Below are positions 12,902 through 31,400 of a stretch of 64,000 nt of DNA, piece after piece. The stretch is from Macrostomum hystrix. Taxonomy: Eukaryota; Animalia; Platyhelminthes. A program made the translations under genes and the position numbers. Location of the stretch: NCBI GenBank assembly GCA_950097015.1, contig CATNEN010000033.1:4588001-4652000 (forward strand), in the 5' to 3' direction. The first letter of the stretch is position 1; every line of letters begins with the position of its first letter. Under the pieces are notes generated by a model that saw only the letters and a program-made list of their open reading frames with translations, made no database searches and was not told the DNA's origin.

Positions 12902-14681
12902 TCCGATGCCTTTTAAATCAAAATGCTTTCTTGCTACGAGCTATTAGCAAACATTCTTACAAATTAAATAGCTTCTAGTCTGCTATGGCAACGAAAATAT
13001 ACAACAGGGATCGCGCATCCCTTGCAGTTGTTTCCATTCTTTTCGTTTTCCCCAGAGTTGAGCAGAGCCAGCTCAAGGCAATCGATTGCAGCTTCTTTTG
13101 CGTTGGTGCTTGGGGCTTGCTTGACGCTCACCTGAAGACAGCAACCCAGCAACTGAGAATGTGTCTAGTTAAGTGAGAAGCTTGCTAATTCCTCACTGGG
13201 AGTAAAAAGCCAACAACAATCTTTGTCTGAAAGAGCAGCTTTGTCATTGTTTTGGTAGAGCCTGCTCTGCTGTCTCTAAAACTCTGCTGGCTCTCGTATG
13301 ATGAGTGGTCCGCAGTTTGTTTGGGATTCTTGAAGTGTTGCAATGACGGCTGCTTGACAAGTGAAATCTTAAAATGTAGTTTCTAGACTCACCTCTGCGA
13401 AGTGGAGCAGAAGGTTTGCCAAGCTTGTGCATTGCGCGACTGTTTTAATGCGTTGCAGTGAACTCGAGAGCTCATCGACCTCATGTCATTGTTCGCTCGA
13501 ACGAGCGCGGTTGCGTGGCTTCTTTGTCTTGCCGACCGATAACTTCCGGGAAAAATGGAAATAACTTTACAATAACTTCCAACTGGAATAACTTCCAGTT
13601 GTTTCATTAGATTCAACTCAGTCAGCAAAAGTTATATAGTAAATTAATTAGATTGGTACGACGATTTAAAGCAAGATGGGCGGGAAAATTGAACGAGGAG
13701 CACTTTAGAAAGTGCAACTGCATGTACTATTATAGTGAACTTTCTTCGTCTTCAGGCTGTGTTAAAGTCTGCCTGAACGTCTGCCTGAGCGGCGTGAGCG
13801 GGGTTCTGTGTCCTCAGGATTGCGCGACTCCGGGCTCTGGTGTCTCTGCGGTTCATCGGGCCAGATATAAAAATAGTAATATCGAGAGACACACGAGTAT
13901 AGTGACATAGCGCAGAGGACATCATGGCAATACCTCATATGAAGAGCTGAGGTCATCACAATATGCCATACTCGAATATGCAAAGCTCGAAAGTCGACTT
14001 GTTTTTTGAAATACTCGTAAACTATTGACGGAGACACGTACTGCTGATCTCAGCATCATAATCTCAGGTGGCTAATTAACTGGAAAAATACCATGGAAGG
14101 ATATTTTAAATACATATTTTTTTCTTATTTACAAAAATATTCAACCAATCGCTATGAAAGTCCAGGACACAACAAAACTTTTTCCGCTCTATATACGATA
14201 AAAAACTTCCAGAATAACAAAACATCGATATTATCGAGATTTTCGACGATTGTCATCAGAGCATTCTAGAGACATTCTAGAGACATGGTGTTCTCAACAT
14301 ACGAATAGTAAAGACGCAAAAGGAAAGTTGTAAAATAAACAGACAGATCAGAAGGAAACAGTCAGCAGCGCGACTATAGCATTTGAGATAATTTCTTAGA
14401 GGAAAAATATTTGGACAAAACAGTCAGTAAAGACAGTCAAGTGGAGCAGTGCGATTTAGACTGAGTCTGTTGCTTCACAGTAGAGTGGCGTGCATATTTT
14501 GTGAAACAGAATTTCTCATTTGCTCGTAGCTCGTTGCTCGTATTTAGCTTTATGACATATATTAGACGAGAGAACAAGAAATCTAAAACTGGGAAAACGT
14601 TCAAATGTTAAGATTTATAAAATGTAAAATACTCGTAATATAGAGGATATCGATATTTTTTTCTCGTCAGGCATTTGCTGC

Positions 14682-15016
14682 TCACGCCTGCAGCATCATC
14701 CGCATGGCGCGCAGAGTTTTGTAGCTCCCAATGCAAATGGTAGCCATGTACTTGGAGTTGGTAGCACCAGCAGTAAGGACAGGAGGGTACTGACCGTTCG
14801 GGTCGGAGTTCATGCAGCTGTTGCACCAGTATCCGCCACTCCCATTTGATGAGCTGCAGCTCGTAGAGGAAGCGTCATTGTCCTTGTCAATAGTTGAGAA
14901 CGGCCGTCCTCGAGCCGTCGACAGGTAATCACAGTTGATGGTAGAGTTTGCAACTAACAGACTGCCGACGCTCAGAGCGTAGTTTCCAGTGGAAGCACCG
15001 ACAGAGAATCCCGGAT
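14682..15016 (-). pseudogene. FReD copy 3: isolated 3' fragment of exon 4
   Basis: Closely matches copy 1 exon 4 from the stop codon up to ...cccggat, where homology ends abruptly at ~15016. No upstream exons were found. Confidence 0.85.
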
Positions 15017-16275
15017 CCCGGAGTTTGTCGCGGAGTTTCTGACAGAACTAGCATCCGTTATGGTAGAAACTTTAACTGGGCTGTGCATCTGGCAAAACTG
15101 GGCTGGTGTAATATTAATCTGTCAATCTAACTAAGTGCTATAGCTGATAAACCTGTGTGTGTTATCCCGCTGGCGTGATTGGCTACACTGATGATCATCA
15201 AGCCCAACTGTCTGATGCAAGTGTGGGTTTAATGTTTTCTTTTTGCAAAACCTTAGTCAGTTCACGTACTGAACTCTGATTCTCCAATTTTGCTAGGTCA
15301 CGCGTGGATAAAAATGTTGCAAGATGATTGGCAGCTTCAATGTTTTTAAACAATTTTACTTCCTTGATTAAAACAAATCGCGTTGCAATGTTCGCGCCAA
15401 TTTAACTTGATGCTTCCGTTAATAAATCGAAGAACTATAATATATCTTCATTCTTCATACCATACCACAGCACCCATGTATCGTGTATGAGAAATCGCAA
15501 AGAGCAGCTTCTAGTAAAATTGTTTTGCAAAATGTATTTTTGACTTAATTCATTCGTACTCATGTAATGTTTATATCAATATGTAATAAATGTGTTCAAG
15601 CTTCTTACGACTTAAGCTAGTAAATTAATGGTTGTTTTATAGTTTTTAATGTAGTTTTTTATTGACAGTAATTTTTTAAGGCATATCTTTACAGGTATAT
15701 CTAAAGGTATCACTAATGAAGGTCAGCTTATGTTTCAAGTTTGTAAAATTCGTGAGTAACCATGTGTCAGCTAAGGAGAGGTCCCACAAAAAAGTTTTGC
15801 TTAAAAAATATGTTTTATGAGTATTTGGTCCAATGAGACAGTTTTTTAGCTTTTTTAATGCTATGTATTTGTAAAAATAAAATTATTCTTACAATATATA
15901 AGACATCCAGAACAGTTAGTTCTGTTAGATAAGCCCACTTAAAAATAAGAACATTTTGTATATTATAAGTGCCTAATTCTAGTGTAAGAAAGCCAGTTCT
16001 ATTTATTTCTTTTCAATTCGATCTCACCATTTTCCCATAAACTAGTCTTCTAAATTAGTCATAATGGGGCCCAAAAAGCGACAAAATATAAATGACTAAA
16101 TCAAGAATGAAAACTATGAAACTTTATTACAAAATATAGTTTTTACCTATATCTTAACTTGTTCTATATGACTTTAAGGATTATTTATAGTTTTGCACAA
16201 CTGTTTGGTTGGATTTCATTGTAATGATTTTTTTCAGATGGTGTATTTGTAGATTGTATCAGTTTGGACAAAAAT

Positions 16276-16500
16276 TATATAATTGATTACTGTTGCCAAT
16301 TGGGCCATATCTGCAGCTAATAGCATATCTGCAGCTTTTGCTTGGTCTATCTAAAGGCTGTGCAGTGTTCAGTCCATGGACTAGTGGGACACCACACCCA
16401 CTCTCACCCTCAGTTACCCAAGCTAATGCAGGTAGCCATTTAATAGCTGTTTCAGTGGAGTCAGGAATCGAACCCCTACCCTTCAAGTAGTGAGTGTAGC
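16276..16500 (-). mobile_element. SINE family B copy (tRNA-like B box plus CORE-like segment)
   Basis: Minus strand: GGTTCGATTCCTGACTCCACTGAAA...CAGCTATTAAATGGCTACCTG...GTGGGTGTGG..AGTCCATGGACTGA...TGGCCCAATT; these blocks are shared with 52692-52948. Confidence 0.6.
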
Positions 16501-16671
16501 GCTAGGCTAAAACCTAGAGACTTTTAGAACTACTCATTTATTCTAGAAGTTTGGAAGAGTGTAGAAAATCTTACATATTTTTTAAAGCGAGTAGCCATCT
16601 TCTTGTTTAAATAATACAATATCTTGTTCTTGATCATGTCAAATTTTGATCATCTCCTATGTTCTCTATAG

Positions 16672-22829
<6,158 letters not shown>

Positions 22830-22858
<29 letters not shown>

Positions 22859-22991
22859 GGAGCTTGTCACTCTGCGCTGAGGAGCTTGTCACTCTGCGCT
22901 GAGGAGCTTGTCACTCTGCGCTGAGGAGCTTGTCACTCTGCGCTGAGGAGCTTGTCACTCTGCGCTGAGGAGCTTGTCACTCTGCGCTGAG
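22830..22991. repeat. 22-bp perfect tandem repeat x7 spanning the GSR last codons and stop
   Basis: Unit gcgctgaggagcttgtcactct, followed by a terminal partial gcgctgag. Confidence 0.95.
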
Positions 22992-23099
22992 CGACTGCCT
23001 CCCCCAGCCTGACTGCCTTCAGCGGATCTCCGATGGACAATTTAGGGATCTGACTTTAGAGAGCCTTTGTTAGGACAGATTCAGTCTGCGAGTCTTCCG

Positions 23100-26090
23100 G
23101 GTGAGGATTAGGGGATCTGTCTTCAGGGGTGGGATTTTAGGATCTGTATTCAGGTAGGATTTGAGGATCTGTCTCCAGGTAGGATTTGGAGATCTGTCTT
23201 CATCTACGATTTGCGGACTGTCTTCAGGTAGGATTTGAGGATCTGTCTTAATCTAGGATTTGAGGATCTGTCTTCATCTAGGATTTGCGGACTGTCTTCA
23301 TCTAGGATTTGAGGATCTGTCTCCAGGTAGGATTTGGAGATCTGTCTTCATCTACGATTTGAGGATCTGTCTTCAGGTAGGATTTGAGGATCTGTCTTCA
23401 GGTAGGATTTGAGGATCTATCTTCATCTAGGATTTGAGGATCTGTCTTCATCTAGGATTTGAGGATCTGTCTTCAGGTAGGATTTTAGGATCTGTCTTCA
23501 TCTACGATTTGAGGATCTGTCTTCAGGTAGGATTTGAGGATCTGTCTTCATCTACGATTTGAGGATCTGTCTTCATCTAGGATTTGCGGACTGTCTTCAT
23601 CTAGGATTTGAGGATCTGTCTTCAGGTAGGATTTGCGGACTGTCTTCATCTACGATTTGCGGACTGTCTTCAGGTAGGATTTGAGGATCTGTCTTCATCT
23701 AGGATTTGCGGACTGTCTTCAGGTAGGATTTGAGGATCTGTCTTCAGGTAGGATTTTAGGATCTGTCTTCATCTACGATTTGAGGATCTGTCTTCAGGTA
23801 GGATTTGAGGATCTGTCTTCATCTAGGATTTGAGGATCTGTCTTCAGGTAGGATTTGAGGATCTGTCTTCAGGTAGGATTTGAGGATCTGTCTTCATCTA
23901 GGATTTGAGGATCTGTCTTCATCTAGGATTTGAGGATCTGTCTTCATCTAGGATTTGAGGATCTGTCTTCATCTAGGATTTGCGGACTGTCTTCATCTAG
24001 GATTTGAGGATCTGTCTCCAGGTAGGATTTGGAGATCTGTCTTCATCTACGATTTGCGGACTGTCTTCAGGTAGGATTTGAGGATCTGTCTTCATCTAGG
24101 ATTTGCGGACTGTCTTCAGGTAGGATTTGAGGATCTGTCTTCATCTAGGATTTGCGGACTGTCTTCATCTACGATTTGCGGACTGTCTTCAGGTAGGATT
24201 TGAGGATCTGTCTTCATCTAGGATTTGAGGATCTGTCTTCATCTAGGATTTGCGGACTGTCTTCAGGTAGGATTTGAGGATCTGTCTTCAGGTAGGATTT
24301 TAGGATCTGTCTTCATCTACGATTTGAGGATCTGTCTTCAGGTAGGATTTGAGGATCTGTCTTCATCTACGATTTGAGGATCTGTCTTCAGGTAGGATTT
24401 GAGGATCTGTCTTCATCTAGGATTTTAGGATCTGTCTTCAGGTAGGATTTGAGGATCTGTCTTCAGGTAGGATTTGAGGATCTGTCTTCATCTAGGATTT
24501 GAGGATCTGTCTTCATCTAGGATTTGAGGATCTGTCTTCATCTAGGATTTGAGGATCTGTCTTCAGGTAGGATTTGCGGACTGTCTTCAGGTAGGATTTG
24601 AGGATCTGTCTTCAGGTAGGATTTTAGGATCTGTCTTCATCTACGATTTGAGGATCTGTCTTCAGGTAGGATTTGCGGACTGTCTTCATCTACGATTTGC
24701 GGACTGTCTTCAGGTAGGATTTGAGGATCTGTCTTCATCTAGGATTTGAGGATCTGTCTTCATCTAGGATTTGCGGACTGTCTTCATCTAGGATTTGAGG
24801 ATCTGTCTTCAGGTAGGATTTGCGGACTGTCTTCATCTACGATTTGCGGACTGTCTTCAGGTAGGATTTGAGGATCTGTCTTCATCTAGGATTTGAGGAT
24901 CTGTCTTCATCTAGGATTTGCGGACTGTCTTCAGGTAGGATTTGAGGATCTGTCTTCAGGTAGGATTTTAGGATCTGTCTTCATCTACGATTTGAGGATC
25001 TGTCTTCAGGTAGGATTTGAGGATCTGTCTTCATCTAGGATTTGAGGATCTGTCTTCAGGTAGGATTTGAGGATCTGTCTTCAGGTAGGATTTGAGGATC
25101 TGTCTTCATCTAGGATTTGAGGATCTGTCTTCATCTAGGATTTGAGGATCTGTCTTCATCTAGGATTTGAGGATCTGTCTTCAGGTAGGATTTGCGGACT
25201 GTCTTCAGGTAGGATTTGAGGATCTGTCTTCAGGTAGCATTTTAGGATCTGTCTTCATCTACGATTTGAGGATCTGTCTTCAGGTAGGATTTGCGGACTG
25301 TCTTCAGGTAGGATTTGAGGATCTGTCTTCAGGTAGGATTTTAGGATCTGTCTTCATCTACGATTTGAGGATCTGTCTTCAGGTAGGATTTGAGGATCTG
25401 TCTTCATCTAGGATTTGCGGACTGTCTTCAGGTAGGATTTGAGGATCTGTCTTCAGGTAGGATTTGAGGATCTGTCTTCAGGTAGGATTTGAGGATCTGT
25501 CTTCATCTAGGATTTGCGGACTGTCTTCAGGTAGGATTTGAGGATCTTTATTCATGGATGGGGACTTGAGCATCTGTCTTCAAGAATTTCGATTTGAGGA
25601 TCTGTCTTCATCTAGGATTTGCGGACTGTCTTCAGGTAGGATTGGGGGTCTGTCTTCAGGTAGGATTGTGGATCTGTCTTCAGGTAGGATTGGGGATCTG
25701 TCTTCAGGTAGGATTTGGGGATCTGTCTTCAAGGATGGGGATTTGGGGATCTGTCTTCAAGGATGGGGATTTGGGGATCTGTCTTCAAGGATGGGGATTT
25801 GGGGATCTGTCTTCAGGTAGGATTAGGGGATCTGTCTTAAGGTAGGATTTGTGGATCTGTCTTCAGGTAGGATTGGGGATCTGTCTTCAAGGATGGGGAT
25901 TTTGGGATCTGTCTTCAAGGATGGGGATTTGGGGATCTGTCTTCAGGTAGGATTTGAGGATCTGTCTTCAGGTAGGATTTGAGGATCTGTCTTCAAGGAT
26001 GGGGATTTGGGGATCTGTCTTCAGGTATGATTGGGGATCTGTCTTCAGGTAGGATTTGAGGATCTGTCTTCAGGTAGGATTTGTGGATTT
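23100..26090. repeat. ~3-kb satellite of 24/25-bp units with higher-order structure
   Basis: Units TAGGATTTGAGGATCTGTCTTCA(GG/TC) and TAGGATTTGCGGACTGTCTTCA(GG/TC); divergent GGATGGGGA variants after ~25550. Confidence 0.95.
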
Positions 26091-26787
26091 CCCTTTTGAT
26101 ATTAGTGTTTAAAGATCTGCCTGCAGGTATGAGGAGTTAATATCTTGCATTCCGTGATTATGGTTTAGAAATCTGTATCGAGGCAGATTTTTCTGTTACA
26201 ATTGCAGATTTGGTAGGGATCTGTGGATCTTTTATCACAACGTACGCCTGGGAGACCCCTAAAGTAGCTTTTTTAAATTTGTTCTTAACTTCGTATTTGT
26301 AAACATATCTCCGACTTCTTCAACTGTTTGTAGCAGACGACACAATGTGACCGCATTGATTATTGATTATAAAACGTGTGCCTACTAAGCTATATTAGAA
26401 GAAACCAATCCAAGTGTTAGAAAGCGTTAAAAATGATTAGGAGAATTAATTTTGCGTGTTAACTGTTCCCTTTTCAACTGTTTTGTATTCATGTTTGTGG
26501 TTGTTTTATAAATACCTTGTTAGCTGCCTAATTGGCCTGATCTTCCAGCCCAGGCAGTTTTTGGCTTTTTATGACAGATAAAAATCTACGAGTACCAACA
26601 ATGTAAAAAAAGGTAGAAAAAACTATATGGAACTTGATTTCTACTCTAATTAAATAGTGACTAGAAATTTATTGTCACATTTTTTTCATTTTATTAACTA
26701 CCGTTTCCTGATACTTTGATACTCTCAGTTCAGTGAAAAAAGATTAAAATGCTATTCATTTTCATTTACATCACACAGAAACCTCTA

Positions 26788-27560
26788 ACTCACAGCACCT
26801 CATCACCTCACACAGCACCTCATCAACTCACACAGCACCTCATCAACTCACACAGCATCTCATCAACTCACACAGCATCTCATCACCTCACACAGCATCT
26901 CATCAACTCACACAGCACCTCATCACCTCACACAGCACCTCATCAACTCACACAGCATCTCATCAACTCACACAGCATCTCATCACCTCACACAGCATCT
27001 CATCAACTCACACAGCACCTCATCACCTCACACAGCATCTCATCAACTCACACAGCATCTCATCAACTCACACAGCACCTCATCACCTCACACAGCATCT
27101 CATCACCTCACACAGCATCTCATCAACTCACACAGCATCTCATCACCTCACACAGCATCTCATCAACTCACACAGCACCTCATCACCTCACACAGCATCT
27201 CATCAACTCACACAGCATCTCATCAACTCACACAGCATCTCATCACCTCACACAGCATCTCATCAACTCACACAGCACCTCATCACCTCACACAGCATCT
27301 CATCACCTCACACAGCATCTCATCAACTCACACAGCACCTCATCAACTCACACAGCATCTCATCACCTCACACAGCATCTCATCAACTCACACAGCATCT
27401 CATCAACTCACACAGCACCTCATCAACTCACACAGCATCTCATCAACTCACACAGCATCTCATCAACTCACACAGCACCTCATCACCTCACACAGCATCT
27501 CATCAACTCACACAGCATCTCATCAACTCACACAGCATCTCATCAACTCACACAGCACCT
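26788..27560. repeat. 20-bp minisatellite, ~39 copies
   Basis: Unit catca(a/c)ctcacacagca(c/t)ct. Confidence 0.95.
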
Positions 27561-28497
27561 TAGAACCGACTGTGTGCATCATCAATGTTTACTACCAATA
27601 AATTAGGCCATAATTTAAGTTTTGCATTCGCCTTTATGTTTCCTTCTGGAATGCCGTGGCGCGATCCTACCTGCACAGATAGCACAGCTCTAAAATTTAC
27701 ATTATGTTCCTTGTTTTATATTTAGCTGCCCAGTTTAAATGTCACGAGTGTCTGTCTGCGCTTTGGACGCTACAGGTATGCGATCCACTCTAGTGGGAGG
27801 GACTATAGGGGGCTTAGAGAATGCAAAGAAACAGTTTTATTTCCGGAAGAAATCAAGAAGCAAGACAATTCAGTGACATTGCGAACAACAACAACAATAG
27901 ATTTGTCTGCTTCAATTATCTCCAATGACTACGCTCGTAGTTTTTTGTAAAGTGCTTTCCGATGATACGTGCTACTTCAGCACCTGTTTCACCTGCTCCA
28001 TTCTTTCACTAATTCTATAGATTTCTACAAATACTGCTAGTTAATAAAGAAGTTTTGTTTACAATAATTGATCGAACAATGCGACAAGCGTTGTGGGAAA
28101 ATCTTACAAAAAGTTGTACGATAAAAATGGCTAGATTTTGATATTGCTAGAATTCATGAACACAAACAGCCTGCGACAGTCAGGCAATTACTGTCGCAGA
28201 AGTTTTAGATCCTATATTAAAATTATTCTTTTGATTGAGTACTAGTTCAGCAAAGATAAGCACGGGCAGAAAAATTGTTAGTTAGATACGAACGGAGATT
28301 TAATAAATGAGCTATTCAATAAATAGATGCTGCGCCAGATGCTAGAGGTCAAATTGATGGCTCTGATTGATTTTCACCTGCTGCTAAAATCTGTCCACGT
28401 CTCGTTCTGGCTCGCTGGCAGATATTCCTGAAGCTTTCTCGGTTTCTTGAATGTACTGTTGTCAACTCGCGCTGCTGAGGCAGATTATAAATTTCAG

Positions 28498-31400
28498 TCA
28501 ACGACGTCGCCGTGCCGCGTCCCGGCTGCTGTCCATACTGTGCTCAAAGCACGAGGAGCAGCAAGTTGACTGTACATAGCTGCACGCTCCCGGCTCTTGC
28601 TGCAGCACCAGGCTGCAGTACTCAGCGTCCTGGTCCACACAGTCCCGTGGAGGCACGGTGGCTGCGGGATGGATTGGAGCTGGTGAGATTCTGCAGCGTG
28701 CTAATGTCAACTTAGCCAACTAAAATCAGTAGCTGGTCGATCCAGGCGACTAGAAACGCCGAGGCATCTCACCCAGTCCTTCCCAGATTTTAGCCCCATT
28801 GGCTCTCAAATAAAGAGCAAGCCACTCCTACCAGAACACAAACACATGCAGACTGCTAGAGGTATATCCTTCTGAACACTCGGGCACATTAAAAAGGAGA
28901 GCAGCCAACAATGCTCACCAGGTATGCACTCGACCGCGAACTTCGTGCAGTCATTGATGTCAAGACAGCTGGGGCGGCAGACATGACCCCTCTGGCAGCT
29001 GTCCTCCTGGCAAGGGGTCACGCACTGGCAGGTGGGGCAGTCGCTCGCGTCTTTTTTGTAGCCGTAGCGGCAGATGGTGTCGCACTGAACGTTACGGCAT
29101 TCTGCAGCGTCAGGGAGACCGGCAGCGAGTGTTCGAGATTGAGGAGAGATATTAAGAACCAGCAATACAATACAACAACAGAGATGTCATTGCCCAGACA
29201 CCAGATTGCAGCCTATCTTAAGAAGGACCCTTCTGCATTTCTGGCGAATAATTTAAGCGGATCGCACTGACGCTTCAAACTCAGCCAACATCGGTCAACC
29301 AAAGCAGTCGAGGCACATACATTTTTTATTCATAACAAAGCTTTGCGTAGCCACGAAAGCCACAGATTTTATCATAGGATGCGACAGCACTCACTCGACT
29401 CTACTTTGATGGCGATCCGCTCCGACTCCACCGTCTGAAACTGGTTGCTGATCCGACAGAAGTAGCTCCCGCTGTCCGACATCTTCAGTGGGCTTAAATC
29501 CAACGACATGCCGATGTCTCGCGGCAGAAAGGCGGCTGAGGAGTTGTCTGCAGCTCCAGGCGGCCTCACCTCTTTGAACCATTGGAACAGGTGCGGCGTC
29601 GGATAGCCCGTCTCAGAGCGGCACTGCAGCCTATTTCGGCCGCCCTCAACGCTTCTGCCATCCAGCCTGATGACCTCCACTGAGGCTCGCAGCGACTCTC
29701 GAAATTCCACTCTCACCTTGGCGCTGGCAGGCGGGCCGGCGCTGTTTGTTGCTTGGCATGTGTACTCGCCCACAGTGGCGGGGCCCGCCGTCAGTGTCAG
29801 ATTGGAGCCCTGAGTCATTTTTTTTAATTATTAGCACTTTTTTTTCAAATAACGAGAAGTACTTTTGGAAATATGCGATTCAGATCATGCTTGAAGCTCT
29901 TTGGGCGAATTAGTATCGATATTAAACTGCGAGTGATTGATTTATAGGAGTGATTTCCATAGGAGGCATATCAGACGACAAACATTACTGCGAAAACTCC
30001 GGCAGACTCACCGTCTCACCCGCCATCGGGGCGCCATTTCTTAGCCAGGTGATTTCCGGCTCCGGCCTGCCGCTGGTTTCACAGGTAAGCTGCACTGCTT
30101 CGCCTCGCACAGTCAGTGGCTGCGCCGGTGCCTGTACACCTAGAACAGCGGCCGGGACCTGAACCTCCAGCCGGATCCGGTGCGACTTCTGGCCTTGCGA
30201 GTTGAAGGCTGAGCACTCATACTCACCAGAATCAGCTTCTGCGACCTGGCGCAGCATCAAACGCTGGCCGTCGACACGGACCCTCTGGCTCTGTGTAACT
30301 GGCCGGTTGTCCTTCAGCCATAGCACCTTCGGCTGTGGCACGCCCAAGAATCCACAGTCCAGACTCAGCAGAACGCCCAACACCTTGACAATTTCTGTCT
30401 CCGTGCCGTTCATCTTGAAGGGAATCGGCTGGAACGGAGGACAGTTGGTGAGCTTCGGCTCGGCTGCAGCAGTTTTCCCATCAGGACAACAGCCGAACGT
30501 TGTCTGGTCGCATGGGACCTCCGGCGGTCGGCTGGTTGTTGGTGGCGGTGACGTCACGTGGGGATCCTGGCAAGCCCGGCCCTGTGCGCAGCCGATCTGA
30601 CAGCACTTCTGCTGTTCGTTTGGGCAGTCCAGGTCGAAGTCGCACTGGCGCTCACAGGTGTCGCTGGAGATTCGGATGGGTGGACAGTCGCCTGGCCGGG
30701 TCACTGCAGTTGTTTCGAATGATATTGTGAGAGCTTGATCGCGCACACACATCACTAAGGCGTAGATTTTAACCCTAATCATCCCAACTCACAAGCTAAG
30801 CACTTGGTGTGCACCTCAGTACACCGCTCGTCACTGCAGCTTGCTTTGCAACGCTCAGTTGGTGGGCATTTTCCCTCACAGGGATCGAAGCAGCTGCAGA
30901 CCAGGCACCCGTTGCTGTTTATCTGCTGAACGTGTTGCTTGTACTTGCAATTTGCCGGACAAGAGCTGGACGGGCACTCTGCAAGAAATAGTAGTTTTCC
31001 TGGTGTCGAATTGCATCCGGCGCTAGTGTGTATAAAATCTAGACAATAAAACTCACGCTTTGTCACCGTCGGGCAGGACGTCTCACAGTCCGTGCGACTC
31101 CAGAATGCGGGGCCGCTCAGCTCCGAGTCGTTGCAGGCCAACGCTGAAGACTGGAGTATGTTGCAGTTGAAATTCTGGAACGCGAAGATCTGACGTAGAT
31201 GAGTTTCAGGGCAGGAGCTGACTGGGGTTTTACTCGTCACGCTGGGTGATTGGCCCAGGCACACATCAATGCTGAAGGTTGTGGTTGGCTTCGGTACGTC
31301 AGTTGAAGTTGAAGTGGCTGCGGTGGTTGTTGCGGTGGTGGTCGTGACCATTGGAGCTGTTGTGGAAGAGACAGCACTGCTCCCTCTGCCTGTGGGCCGT

